Of a stretch of 64,000 nucleotides of DNA, positions 26,127 through 40,039 are shown one piece after another. Source of the stretch: Octopus vulgaris (lineage: Eukaryota); NCBI GenBank assembly GCA_951406725.2, contig OX597823.1:78244001-78308000 (forward strand), written 5' to 3'. Every line of letters starts with the position of its first letter. The stretch's first letter is position 1. Under the pieces are notes generated by a model. It saw only the letters and a list, made by a program, of their open reading frames with translations. It was not told the DNA's origin and made no database searches. Made by a program: the position numbers and the translations under genes.

Positions 26127-26727
26127 TTAAATGCCCTGATGTAGTACCAGACAGTGGCTCTCGTGGCTTCTGACTGGAAGTAAAAGAGTAAATACGGATG
26201 GTAAATCAAATTAATACACTTGTCAATGTTCACATGCATTCACATACAACCATTGTCCATGCACACACATTTACACACATACTCACACAGGGTGGAAATG
26301 GTGTTTGATGTTTCTTTTCAGCATTGAATGTTCACCATGTCACCAGTTTGCCATCACTCCTTCCTTCCTTCTTAATTCAGCTATCACCCTTTCCTTTCTC
26401 ATTTATATGTTGTGATGGAGAAAAACACAAGAGTATTATTGTAGCAGATTATTATTAGATTGTAAGAGAGTTGCACAAAATACTTCAAGGCATGTGCTCC
26501 AAATTATTACATAAGGAGTTCGAACCCCGCACCAAGGTCAACTTTACCCTTCACCCCTCCAGGGTTGACAATAGGACATTAATGTACCAGTCAAACACTG
26601 GATCCATTTTCTTGAGTAATTCTCTCCCCTGAAATTTCAAGCTGTCTGTCTCTAGCATAAATGATTATTGTTGTTATTAGTGGAGGTGGTGGCAGTGCTG
26701 GTAGTAGTAGTAGTAGTAGTTGTAGTT

Positions 26728-26766
<39 letters not shown>

Positions 26767-26819
26767 ATAGTAGTGGTAGTAGTAGTTGTTGTTGTTGTGG
26801 TGGTGGTGGTAAATATTAC

Positions 26820-27045
26820 TTTCAAAGTTTGGCACAAGGCCAGTAAGTTCATGGGAGTGTGCAAGTTGATTATATCAACCCCCCCACCTCATCCCCCAGT
26901 GTTCAGCTGGTACTTATTTTATCGATCCCAATGGGATGAAAATCAACACTGCCCTCGGCAGAATTTGAACTCAGAATGTAATGACAGACCAAATGCCACA
27001 AAGTATTTTGCCCAGCATGCCGACGATTCTACCATCTCACCACCT
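26820..27045 (-). mobile_element. Family B SINE within (GTA)n tracts
   Basis: Reverse complement of the B head and core; flanked by (TAG)n at 26700-26810 and 27050-27127. Confidence 0.75.
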
Positions 27046-27050
27046 TACCT

Positions 27051-27084
<34 letters not shown>

Positions 27085-27870
27085 TGGTAGTAGTAGTAGT
27101 CGTAGTAGTAGTAGTAGTAGTAGTAGTGTCTAGCTATTGTTATTTAACCCCAGGTTAATCACGATTTAGTAAACCTATGATCAAAAGCATTCTATTCTAT
27201 CCTCTTAGGTTTGTCTCGGACACTGTTACTCAGTGTGATATGTCCTTCCTTGTTTATGACAGTGGGGTGGTGTTGGTGGTGGGGGCTACTGTCATTCAAG
27301 TGACCACGGAGAGGCTCGTCCAACTACTAGTAATAGTAGCGTCAGCAGCAACAGAAGCAGCAGAGATTTCCAGGAACTATAACATAGCAGTTTCATAGTT
27401 GTTATAGATTGTTACATTTTGTGTACTGCAACAGCTCTGTGCTGTGATAGTTGGTAGTTGCCACTGTTTTCAGTGAAGACGTGTTTTGTTTGTTGTTTGT
27501 GTGTGTGTGTGTGTGTTTGTACAGAGATAGTTGTAAACATAGGAGTAAACAAGGAAGAAAAGTGTTATCATAGATGTGTATATATATATATATATGTGTG
27601 TGTGTGTATATCTCTGTGTGTATAGGCATAAATATGCATGTATATATATGTGGGTGGGTGGGTGTGCACAGAGGTGTAAATATGAATAAACAAGGAGAAA
27701 AAGTCTAATAATAAATGATTATATATATAAGTATATATGTATGTATGTATATACATATCTGTATGTGTGTATATTCATGTCTATGTGTGTGTATATGCTT
27801 GTATTTGTATGTGTGCATTGATAGTTGTAGGCAGATGAGTAAACAAACAGAAAAAAGTTTAATCATATAA

Positions 27871-27905
<35 letters not shown>

Positions 27906-28177
27906 CATATATAGATGGCTGTATGTGTATGCTTAGTCGTGAATATGTGTAAGCAAGCAAAAAAATGTCTCATCATATATGTGAATACATATCTGTATGT
28001 GTGTGTGTCTGTGTCTATGTCTGTGTTTTAATATACTTAGTTAAGGTTTAAGTATATTCACAAGCCCAGCATAAAATGGATAAAAAAATGAAGAAACACA
28101 TACTTGAATAGCATTCAACCATGATACCATTATACCAAATTGACATCCCATTCCACTATGAAATTTAGCACAAAGTA

Positions 28178-28510
28178 AGGAGGCATGATTGTGTGGTAAG
28201 AAATTTGTTTTCCAATCACATGATTCTGGGTTCAGTTCCATCCTGTGGTACCTTGGGCTGATCAAAGCCTTGTGAGTGAATTTGGTAGATGGAAACTAAA
28301 AGAAACCTATCATATGTACAGTATGCGCGTGTGTGTGTGTATGTATGTGTGCGTTTGCAGTCCCTGTAACCTAGTGGTTCAGCAAAAGAGACCAATGGAA
28401 AAACTACCAGGTTTAAGAAAAATAAGTGCAGGGTTTGATTTGTTCAACTAAAATTCTCCAAGGTGGTGTCCAGCATGGTTGCACTCTAATGAGTGAAACG
28501 AGTAAAAGAA
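28178..28510 (+). mobile_element. Family A SINE (degenerate)
   Basis: Head, ccttgtgagtgaatttggtagatggaaac body and tail. Confidence 0.8.
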
Positions 28511-29812
28511 AGAAGATGTCACGGTGCCAGTTACCATTGTATATTTCCAATTGCATCACACAAACTTCATTGACATTTTTGATAAACTCTTAAACCCCAG
28601 TAAAAAAGTTGTCCATTTGTTGGCTTCACAGCCTAGTCTTACACCAAGTAATATGATGCCAAATAAAACAATTCTAGGATATAAATTTGATACAATATGA
28701 ATGCTTAAGGTTCAAGTATATTCACAAGCATGGTATAAAATGAGAAAGAAGTGGATAGGATGTGCCTGAGCATGGTCACAGCCAATGGGTTGGAATAGGT
28801 CAAAGAAGAAAAGTAATAATTAAGTACTATCTTGAGTCCTAAGGTTGACAGAGCTGGTTACCCATTTTCTATGACATATAGTCTTGATCTGGCAAAGTTT
28901 ATACAGCTGGATCAAGACTGGAGCCTGGTGCAGCCATCTGGTTTGCCATCCCACAGTCAAACCGTCCAACCCATGCTAGCATAGAAAGTGGACGTTAAAC
29001 AACGATGATGATAAATGACTGGGGTCACAACATTTCCTCTGAATGGAACATACCTGAATGAACTGAAACAACATGAAATGTAGCATAGTTAATAAAGATA
29101 GAAGCAGTAACAATACCAAATGGCAATCTTTATATCCAACTTAATGTGGATGTTTTGTTAGAACACCGAATACTGCATTATTTACCTAGAGAAAACCTAT
29201 CATATAGACTCATGGTGCATAAAAGCACTTGCTTTTATATCATTGACAGATGAGAATTCTCTACTACAGCTTCTAAATCACATGATTTTGCCATTTTAAG
29301 CTCCTCAGTAGTAGTAACATAACAGTGAAATCTCTCTGTCAGTGTTATATAAAGTTTCAGTGTCTTTTCAGACTCTGATATCACATGCTTCTTGAAATAA
29401 TAATTAAGGTGGTACACCACCTGTATCAGGAATGGAAACTCTGCACTTGTGATCATAAGCACAACACTCTAACCACTAGGCCAAGTTGGAGGGTAAAATA
29501 CTATATATACAGAATGCATCAAAAAACTAAGAACAAGGAAAATAGAACAAGGAAAATAGTATTCTGTTAGTAACACATTCAACAGAGATAAAACCAAGTA
29601 CATTTAAAAGATATATCCCATTCTATGAAACTGCTCTCAATCCCAGTAACAGCTCTGATGTGGCCGTTGAAGTATCTGCCCGCTGAGAACACTTGTTATA
29701 TCTCAGTTGTCTTTATTGAGGTTTTGACACTGTAAGGAAGTGTCCTGATACCCACTCCCAATGATACATCATATCCAGTAACTACACAAACTATGAAGTA
29801 TATGATATCTGG

Positions 29813-30043
29813 GAGGCAAGCTGGCAGAAACGTTAGCACGCCGGGCGAAATACTAAGTGATATTTCGTCTACCACTACGTTCTGAGTTCAAATCCTGCTG
29901 AGGTCAACTTTGCTTTTCATCCTTTCGGGGTTGATTAAATAATGACCAGTTATGGACTGGGAGCGATGTAATTGACTTTATCCTTTTGTCTCTCCTTGTT
30001 TGTCCTCTCTGTGTTTAGCCCCTTGTGGGTAGTAAAGAAATAG
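29813..30043 (+). mobile_element. Family B SINE with about 18-bp TSD
   Basis: TSD tatatgatatctgggagg on both sides (about 29800 and 30045). Confidence 0.9.
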
Positions 30044-30204
30044 ATATATGATATCTGGGAGGGATGAGTCACAAGGTCACACAGTTTTCCCCAGCCTTGC
30101 AAGGCATGAAATGTCCTCCCGCTCTTCATACAAGTCTTGTATCTGATATCCTCATATCCTTTATGCATGATAGTGCAATATTCTAGTAGATTCTAATAGA
30201 TAAA

Positions 30205-30582
30205 AGCACCATTTGAACATGATTGTCACCAGCGTCGCCTTACTGGCACTTGTGCCGGTGGCATGTGAACAAATCATTCGAGTGAAGTCGTTGCCAGTGC
30301 CGCTGGACTGACTTCTGTGCGGGGGACACATAAAAAACAACATTTTTGCACGTGGCCATTGTGAGTACCGCCAGACTGGCCCTCATGTAGGTGGCACATA
30401 AAAGCACCCACTACACTCTTAGAGTGGCTGGCATTAGGAAGGGCATCAAGCTGTAGAAACTCTGCCAGATCAGATTGGAGCCTGGCGCAGCCATCTGGTT
30501 CGCCAGTCCTCAGTCAAATCGTCCAACCCATGCTAGCATGGAAAGCGGATGTTAAATGATGATGATGGTGATGATGATGATG
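30205..30582 (+). mobile_element. Family C retroposon, long form
   Basis: ggcac.taaaagcacc repeats, ggcattaggaagggcatc.agctgtagaaa core and (GAT)n tail. Confidence 0.85.
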
Positions 30583-31320
30583 GTCTGATGTCCTAGTACA
30601 CCATACATTTGATAATGCATCACCATGCAAATCTTGTATTTGATGTCCTTTTGCCATACTTCTGACACTGCACTATCATGTATGCATTGCACCTGCTGTC
30701 CAAGTACATCGTATATCTGATAGTACACCATCATGTTATTCTTGTACCAAATCTCATTGTCAACCCCGGCATAGGATGAGCTACTTGGCTCATCACATCC
30801 CAGGATTGCTGTTGATGATAACTTGAGCGAGCTGGACAAACTTGGACATCTTGATGACTTTTGACCTCTATGAAAGTTTCTTTCTATTGACCATGATGTC
30901 ATATCACACTAGAATCTTTCAATAGCCTCCCATGATTCCAACTCTCATGTGTCTATACTCTACATTGGAATATACCATGGAGAATTTTTCACCACTCATT
31001 TCCCACATGTTGAGCTGGTCTTTTTCCCTGAGATTATCTAGGTCTTGATTTCTTTCTTACTTTCTTACTTTCTCTTATACGTACCTATAATCAATTCATA
31101 GAGGTGCATACATGGTTTTGTGCTTAAGAAGTTCAATTTGGAGCCACATGGTATTTGGGTTCAGTCCTACTGCACAGCACCTTCAGCAAATGTTTTCTGA
31201 TAAAGACCAAAGACGAAAGACTAACCAGTTGCTCTTGTAAGAGAATTAAGTAGATGGAAATTTGTACATGTGTGTGTATACACACACACACACACACACA
31301 CACATACAATACCTACGTAC

Positions 31321-31368
<48 letters not shown>

Positions 31369-31679
31369 GTATATATATTATGTATATATGTATATATATA
31401 TGTATATATGTATATATATGTACATATATATTATGTATATATATATATATATGTATATATGTATATATATATGTATATATGTATATATATATATGTACAT
31501 ATATATTATGTATATGTATATATGTATATATATATGTACATATATATTATGTATATATATGTATGTATATATATATATACACACATATATACATGAGTAA
31601 GCGCATAAATGCAAAGCAAGGTGGAATAGAATAGTGCTCAACTACCAGAGGTAGAGTAATATACCTTATCTAATTAATA

Positions 31680-31825
31680 CTGCAAGATCATCACAGAAAA
31701 ACTGCTACTCAGAGTTTCCCATTTCCGTTCGTCAGGTAGTTGTGACCAAGAATCTTGATCGCAACTTCCCAACAAATGGGAATGTGAAACTCTGAGTTGC
31801 AGATTATTTTGTGATGTTCTTGCAG
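31680..31825. mobile_element. Fold-back Penelope-like remnant with a hammerhead motif in each arm
   Basis: Arms 31680-31750 and 31753-31825 are centred on caagaatcttg. The minus arm reads CUGACGA (31735-31729)..GAAAC-UCUGA-GUA. Confidence 0.75.
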
Positions 31826-32539
31826 CTTTAATAAATAAAAGTGTGTGTGTGTATGTGAATAAATTTGGTTATATGTAAATATGTGCATGTATACATATGT
31901 ATTTACATACAAAAGCATATGCAGACTCACACTGACACATCAGTATGCTTTTATTTTCTTATCACTATTTGATAACATTTTACTGTCATAGATAACATAT
32001 TTCTAAGTAGAACAGAGATTAGTATATTGATAAATTATCTTTCAACAGGGACAGAAAAAGATGAGTGCAGGATAAAAAGAAACTGGGAGAAAGAAAGACA
32101 GAGAGACAGAGAGAGTGAGAGAAAGAGAGATAGTAGGAAAGTGAGAGACTTAAGGAGAGTGGGGAGAGCAAAATTAATTATTCCACTAATCTTCTTCACG
32201 TTTTTCTTGAAGAATTTCCCATTTTAAATGTTGTTATTTAAAATAGAAAGATATTTTTCTTGATTTTTTTTTATTACTATTTTTTCTTTGTGTGTATGTG
32301 TGTGTAGGTGTGGAGGGAGAAATATATCGAAATTATTTTGAAAATTCATTGCAAATTATTACTTCCAAATATAGTACAGTAATGAATTTCTAAATTCTGA
32401 ATAAAAAAAAAAAGGTTATTCTGTGATTTTATTGTCTAAATGTATTTTCTTCTGAAGGAAATGAAATTTTGGTCTACTTAATATTAGATAGCAATTTAAA
32501 CTCCCTTATAGACATTTTAATGACATTAGATATGTAATA

Positions 32540-33000
32540 ATAATAATAATAATAATAAATGCCCTGATGCAGTACCAGGCAGTGGCTCTCATGGCTTCTG
32601 ATCTTAACCGACTGGAAGTGTTATCATGTACATTGTTTTGTCTTGGTATAAAAGATGGGCTACAGCAAATATTTTGCTCAATACCACAGATTTGCTTGTC
32701 AGTTGTTTGACCATAACCACTTGAGCATGTCTCTTAGTGGCTGACAGTATACATATCTCTGATCACAGGCATAAGTAGTTGGGTAGCTTCATAGCCATGT
32801 GTTGAGAGGAATTCTTTGTGGTTTGGATAATTCACCTCTGGAAACATAGGTGTTTCATTCAACATCCTTCAACAACCCTTAATCAAGGACTTTTTGAGTG
32901 GGATGAGCGCTATTCAACCTCAAGAAAATTCAAACCGAGCTCCATCTGTAAGGTCATGTGCTGTTTATCTTGATATGAGATCACCATGTCATGCACACCA
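32540..33000 (-). mobile_element. Family F retroposon ((TTA)n tail); fragments also at about 3025-3195, 26128-26180 and 45848-46278
   Basis: Shared aaatgccctgatg.agtaccag and ggaagtgtta.catgtaca..aagatgggctacagcaaatatt.tgct blocks. Confidence 0.75.
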
Positions 33001-33607
33001 AGTAAATGATGAAAGCTGGAGTGTCTCCTTTGAGTGCAGAATCTCACAGTGGTTGTGTATTTCAGCAGCACATTTCTCATTATGTGAGGATCACATCAAT
33101 GTAGTTTGCACTTAGGCTTAGGTAAAGGGTTAACAACTGATCAATGCTGAAATATATTCTAGTTTTGAAGAAAGAACTTTAGTCTTTGTGATTCTGATTT
33201 CGCAAAAGCTCGACATAACTTATCAGAAACCTCTGCTATGTTTCTGATAAGGTTTCAGTTATTTGTTATTTATGTTGAGTAAAAGCACATGGATGAGACT
33301 ATTTCCTTGAAATGTGTCATCATTTGTGTTGCTGTTGAATGAAACCAGGTAATTCTGTGTCAAGTGAATTATTTTCTATTAGTTTCTATTCATGTGAACA
33401 CTTTGTTTGTTTGTTTGAAGTCACTTGGTCGTCTGTGTGTAGAATGTTGAATAAAAGTGCAGTTTTATCATTTGTATAAGAATGTGAATAGATTGAAGTA
33501 ACTAATTCGCTCCGCAATGTACACGAGGAATATCTAGGAGGCAAAAGTGAAACTTATAGTACAAGCTTGTAATATTCATATATACATGTATGTATGTATG
33601 TGTGTGT

Positions 33608-33644
<37 letters not shown>

Positions 33645-33727
33645 GAAAAATACACATTAAGTACTGGACATCACCAGCAAGTGAAAAATATGTAAAAGCA
33701 CGAGATAAGTACAGTACAAATGCAAAA

Positions 33728-33742
33728 AAGATAGATATTAGA

Positions 33743-33834
<92 letters not shown>

Positions 33835-33887
33835 GAGACAGACAGACAGGTAGATAGATAGACAGATATACAGATAAATAGACAGGC

Positions 33888-33929
<42 letters not shown>

Positions 33930-34120
33930 GGAGATAGATAGAGAGATTGATTGATAGATAAAGAGATAGGGAGATAGATAGAGAGAAAGAAAGAGGGAGA
34001 GAGAAATAAAGACAGAGAGAGAGAGATAGAAAGAGTGAGAGATAGAAAGAGAGCGAGAGATAGAGATAGATAGATAGATATGTGTGGTTTGTGTGTGTGT
34101 GTGTGTGTGTGCATGTGTGT
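33728..34120. repeat. (GATA)n/(GACA)n/(GA)n/(GT)n compound microsatellite
   Basis: Seen directly in the sequence; it explains the 226-aa ORF. Confidence 0.95.
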
Positions 34121-34764
34121 GGTACAGACTCATCATATGCATATGTAAATATCAAACAATGGATATGAGTGCTCAACACCACATTGGTGAATAATGATTC
34201 TTTATTAGTGTATTAAGGTTACCTCAACAATTATCAAGCCTATCATGTGAAACATCAGTATTCGTTTCCATTTTTGATAAAAGCACTTATATACATAAGT
34301 ACAAGTGCCATGCAGTGGGACTGAACCCAGAACCATGTGGTTGGGCAGGAAGCTTCTTACCTCACAGCCACTCCTACGCCTGTATACATGTATGATTTTA
34401 TTGAAGAGTATATGGATCTGTTTGTGTGCATGTGTATGTAAAAGGTATGACTAGTCTGTATATATACAGCAATATATGTGTGAGTATCTATGATACGCTT
34501 TTTCAACCCTAATTTGGTCTCCTTAGGATCCTGTAATCAAGTAATTAATAATATCAACCTCATCATCATCATCATCATTTGGCCTCTGCTTTCCATACTG
34601 GCATGGATTAAACAGTTTGACTGGAACAGGGTAGTCGGAGAGCTGTACCAGGTTCCAGACTGATTTGGCATGGTTTCTACAGTTGGATGCCCTTTCTAAT
34701 TTCAACATCTCCAAGAGTGTAGTGGATGCTTTTGTGTGTCACTGGCACAAGTGCCTTTTGCATG

Positions 34765-34801
<37 letters not shown>

Positions 34802-34804
<3 letters not shown>

Positions 34805-35090
34805 TTCCCTTCTTTCCTGAGCGTCAAATAATACTTTAATTGTTCCATGTCCTCGCGTTGCTGCGTTTTTTTCTGTGTTTTCTTGTTTGGATTAACTTTA
34901 TATATATATATATATATATAGCGAGAGTTTACAAAAAAAACAAAAGATGAAGACAGGTAGTGTGCAAAGCAAACAGATGTATTAGTATAACGCTCAGGAA
35001 TAGAAAAAGTCTTTTACGTTTCGAGCCCACGATCTTCTACAGAAAGGGACACAGAAAAAACAAGGAGAGAAAAAAATGTGTGCAGTGGCT

Positions 35091-35092
<2 letters not shown>
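34802..35092. mobile_element. Family E Penelope-like fragments in (TA)n, with a hammerhead-like motif at 35011-35046 (-)
   Basis: 34802-34900 is the reverse complement of 38530-38620. Minus strand reads cuuu-CUGUAGA-a-gauc/gcuc-GAAAC-GUA^aaag. Confidence 0.65.
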
Positions 35093-35122
<30 letters not shown>

Positions 35123-35472
35123 CATGACCTCAGTCGCATGGCTGAAACGAATAAAAAGATAAAAGAATATATATATATATATATATATGTGATTTCAAAT
35201 GATGACAAGGTGCTTTTTGGAGTATGAGTATACAGTTAATTAGATAGACTTTCAGAAATCGGGTTGTAGTGAGAGCTGTATTTTGAATATCAGGTTGATG
35301 ATATGCACAGAAAGTGAAATTTGCACTGAAGAAAATTAAGTGTCACAATCAAATACTGTAAGGTTTTCATCCAATATTCTACCAATTCTGCCACTTCATT
35401 CCCTCTCTCCCATCACTCTCTCTCTCTCTCTCTCTCTCATTTTGTGTGCATGTCTGTATGTGTATATGTGGG

Positions 35473-35533
<61 letters not shown>

Positions 35534-35694
35534 ATATGTTTGTACATATATATATGTATGTGTATATATATACTTTTGTACATATATATATATGCGTGTG
35601 TGTGCATATGTATGTGTATATATATATATGTATAAATTAAAAAAATTTTAACTATATATATGTATGTAAATATTCATATTTATATAACTGTATA

Positions 35695-35747
<53 letters not shown>

Positions 35748-36144
35748 TGTATGTATGTATGTATGTATATATATATGACCACATGCATGCACAAACTGAT
35801 GTATAGCAAAATGCATATAGTCATTCAAAAATGTATACAACACATGTGCACATTGCTGAGCTGGTTGTGTACTACTACTGCATTATCTAATAAGAATGAT
35901 GGTTTATGGCGGTGTATAATTTCTAGCTTTTGCTCAATGGATTCCTGTCAGCACAAACTAATATCACTTGAGAGCATTTTGCACTGGCCATCACTTGAAA
36001 ACTTGAGGCTGTAATAAAGATAACAAATCCAACTGTATAAATGATGGTTTATGAAACACATATTTACGATATTGAAAATATATATGTGCAAGAAATATTG
36101 CTCTCTTTATCTTCCTTTTGCTCTCACATGTGTATGTGTGTGTA

Positions 36145-36206
<62 letters not shown>

Positions 36207-36208
36207 TT

Positions 36209-36252
<44 letters not shown>

Positions 36253-36676
36253 TTTATATATACATACATATATATATATATATGCATTTATATATACATA
36301 CATATATATATACACACACATACGTACATGTATATATATGTATGGATATAATCACCATCATTATATATACATAGGGAGAGAGACTGAGATGTACATATAC
36401 ACAGACACATTTTTGTATGATAGTTCAAATGTAAAATGTGCATGTGTCTGTGCATCTAAAATAGCTCTGAATGAGGTGGGTGTATAGTGTATATTTGTGT
36501 GTGTGTATGCATGTGTATTTATATGTACACACACACACACATGCATATATATATATATATATACACATATGCTCATATGCTATATATATATATAATCATC
36601 GTCATCATCATATTAACATGCACTTTTCTATACTTCCATGGATGGAATTTACACATTTTTATACGTATATATATAT

Positions 36677-36747
<71 letters not shown>

Positions 36748-36764
36748 CAGATATAGATATATAT

Positions 36765-37080
36765 CATCATCATCATTTAACGTCTGTTGTCCATGCTAGA
36801 ATGGGTTGGACAGTTTGACCAGGGTTGGTAAACTGAGAGGCTGCACCTGACTCCAGTCTGATTTGGTATGGTTCTATGGCCAGATGCCCTGCCTAATGCC
36901 AACCAGTCCGAGATTGTAATACTTGCTTTTATGTGCCACCAGAATGGATGCCAGTTGTGTGACACCAGTATCTGCCACAACTACGATTTCACTAGGCTTG
37001 ATGGGTCTTCGACTCTGGTATGGTATATTGTCAATGATTTCAGTCTTACATACCACTGACACAGGAGCTACTTACATGAC
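36765..37080 (-). mobile_element. Family C retroposon
   Basis: (CAT)n tail plus core. Confidence 0.8.
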
Positions 37081-38051
37081 ACCCGCATTACCTCTGTGAG
37101 ATCTAAGGCTCAAAAAGTGCCTTCAGAGAGTGAGGGAGGTGTACAAATTACCTTGGCCATAAATGTGTTAAACTCTTTTCATATAAGTCTAGCTTGCTGA
37201 CTACTAAATAAATTAGGACAATTGTCAAGCTGATGATAGCTACAAACATGCATTCACAACTGTCCTTTCTTCACTCAATAAGCCTGGACCTTTACTTTAA
37301 TGGCTTGTCTACTTTAGAGAATTTGTAATTCTTGAGACTGTCTCCCCATCTCAAGTAGAACTAATCTTAAATGTCAATTGGTAATAAAGATACATCGTCC
37401 ATCTAGAGGCAGAGATGATTTTAATAAATCAAAAATTTACAACGTACAGCATTGGATATATTTGTGTTTGTATATATACCACACACATGGATATTCTTAA
37501 CTTTATTAAGACAGCCTCTGTATTATGCCAACCTTTCAATATTAAAAAATATTGCTGCAGCATGGAATTACATTTCACAAAAGCCAGAGCAAAAATAAGA
37601 ACACTTCCATAGAGTTTATTGGATTAATTATTTGATTATTGAGTTAATTGTTTTGCCACTCTGCTATGATCTGTGTACTAAATTTTATGCTTGTACTTTG
37701 CTCTTCAGTGACCAGCCCTTATTCACAAGCCTAGCTTATGTCTCCCTTTTGAATATGAGCAGAGTTGACCCAGAGCAAAGCTGCTTTTATTTCTAAGCTT
37801 TCATTGTCTTTGTTTAACTCTATGCCTACCACACCTATTACATCAGACCTTTGCCAAAATACATTCTATCTTGGCTAAAGTATTTATTTTTCTAGATGAG
37901 GTGCATGTGTTTTTCGTTGAGTTCTACGTCTAGTTGCAGTGTCCTGTACTCATGTATATATATTTATATATGCATGTATATATACATGTAGATGTAGGTA
38001 CGTACATATATGTTTGTATGTATGCATATATTTTATTTATTACATTATATA

Positions 38052-38085
<34 letters not shown>

Positions 38086-38132
38086 CATATATACATATAT
38101 ATTTATATATATGTGTGTGTGTATATATATGA

Positions 38133-38184
<52 letters not shown>

Positions 38185-38497
38185 TACCCATTTATTAATT
38201 GAAAAATTTGTTGGAAACAGCTGTAATGAATTGGCAGCTATCCATCATTTGTTATTTTTTCATTTATGATTCACCTCACTTGGAACCTGCTCCTTATATG
38301 TTCCAGAGTATATTATGGACTATATATTTAATACAATGTGCATTTATGAATTAGCACAAGAGCTGATGATATACTCACATTAGTTCAATTAATTGTATAC
38401 AAAGCTTGACTATTTAGTACAGATGTTTGTATTCATCTATAGCTGCTGTGTATGCATATTAATTTTGATCTGATCCAGTGCCTTACCATTTAAGTGG

Positions 38498-38529
<32 letters not shown>

Positions 38530-38531
<2 letters not shown>

Positions 38532-38712
38532 AAGTTAATCCAAACAAGAAAACAAAAAGACAACAACGCGAGGATGTGGAACAAATAAAGTATTATTGGA
38601 CGCTCAGGAAAGAAGGGATGAAGGAGTGTATGACGTTTCGAGCGGAGCTCTTCGTCGGAAACATAGGTGAAAGAAAGATCCCGAGGTGGGAGGACAGAGG
38701 GGGAAAAAAATG

Positions 38713-38715
<3 letters not shown>
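38530..38715 (-). mobile_element. Family E Penelope-like element in (TA)n, with hammerhead variant at 38628-38662
   Basis: Minus strand reads guuu-CCGACGA-a-GAGC ucc GCUC-GAAAC-GUC^auac. Nearly identical to 40040-40232. Confidence 0.75.
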
Positions 38716-38760
<45 letters not shown>

Positions 38761-38914
38761 ATATTGAGGATGTAATTTCTTTGTAAGGGATTAATTTTTT
38801 TAATCCAGATATCAACTGGTGTTATCAAATATATATATATAATGTAATATAAAGAAAATGAAGAGTTTGAAGACAGCAAAATCAATTTATTTACATAACC
38901 GTCAATTACATGAG

Positions 38915-39002
38915 GCCTACAATTGTTTCAATATCCCACTTCATTCATTTTACAATTAACAATTGCATTTTACATTCAAAAACGTAGAGATCTCTTCAGG
39001 GC
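38915..39002 (-). ncRNA. Minimal type-I hammerhead ribozyme with intact catalytic core
   Basis: Minus strand reads GCC-CUGAAGA (38999-38993)-long imperfect stem II-GAAAC-AAUU-GUA^GGC. All core residues are canonical, stem I is 3 bp and loop III is palindromic. Confidence 0.75.
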
Positions 39003-39039
39003 TAAAATCAACATATTTCTTTACATCCTAATAGATGCA

Positions 39040-39099
<60 letters not shown>

Positions 39100-39139
39100 T
39101 GTGTGTGTGTGTGCGTGTATTAACAGTTTCATTTTTATA

Positions 39140-39425
39140 TTGTTGTATCTAAGGAGAGTCATTAAACCAATAAAATTAACACACGCACAGGTTTCAATTC
39201 GACTTGATTATTAAATATCTGATTGTTTTATTTGTGTTTGTCAAAGCTCTTTCGTTGCTTCTTGTACATTTCCAATGATTGTAGTCATGACAATTGCATA
39301 TTTAATGAGTGGAATTGAACAAGAGTGTGTGTTAATTATACTAGTATAATGACTCTCCCTAGACATAACAAACTTTATTTCAACACCTGAATTTCATTAA
39401 AAATTTTGCAAACCAGATATGAAAA
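39140..39425. mobile_element. Fold-back element related to 60755-61530
   Basis: Arms at about 39140-39218 and 39298-39372. Shares ggagagtcatt and ttcgttgc.tctt motifs with the 60.8 kb element. Confidence 0.65.
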
Positions 39426-39445
39426 TGAAGTATATATATATATAT

Positions 39446-39477
<32 letters not shown>

Positions 39478-39744
39478 TATACATATCTTCTACGTATTCC
39501 TTGATTTCAATTTCAGATTTCTAATCCTACTTTATGTTGTGAAGAGCTTGTTATCTTCCTATTTAATTGCCTTCCTGAGGGCATCATTCATATATATATA
39601 TAGAGATAGATAGATAGATAGATAGATAGATGTACATATAATATAGTATAATAGTTATCTCTCACCAGGTGGAGTACTTTCTTCGCTGATCTTTCTTTCA
39701 TGGAATAGTACATCTATATATATATATATATGTTGTTATTTTTT

Positions 39745-40018
39745 GTTCTTTCTCGAGCCATGCCTGGCTCATAAGGCCAGTTTCCCAGTTTCAGTAGCAT
39801 ATAGGTTCCCCACCTGGACAGGACGCCAGTGTGTCACAGGTGAGCTGCTGGAATCTTGTGGCGAAAGAGTCAGCAGAAGTTCACCATTACCTTCTATTGG
39901 AGACATGTGTTGCTTAGATGTTTTGCCCATAAACACGCATGTCACCCAGTCTGATATTTGAGCTCATGATCCCTCAACTGCTAGTCCACTGCTCTAACCA
40001 CTAGGCCATGTGCCTCCA
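39745..40018 (-). mobile_element. Family D1 SINE
   Basis: Reverse complement of the D1 family, with an internal deletion. Confidence 0.85.
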
Positions 40019-40039
40019 CACACACACACATATATATAT

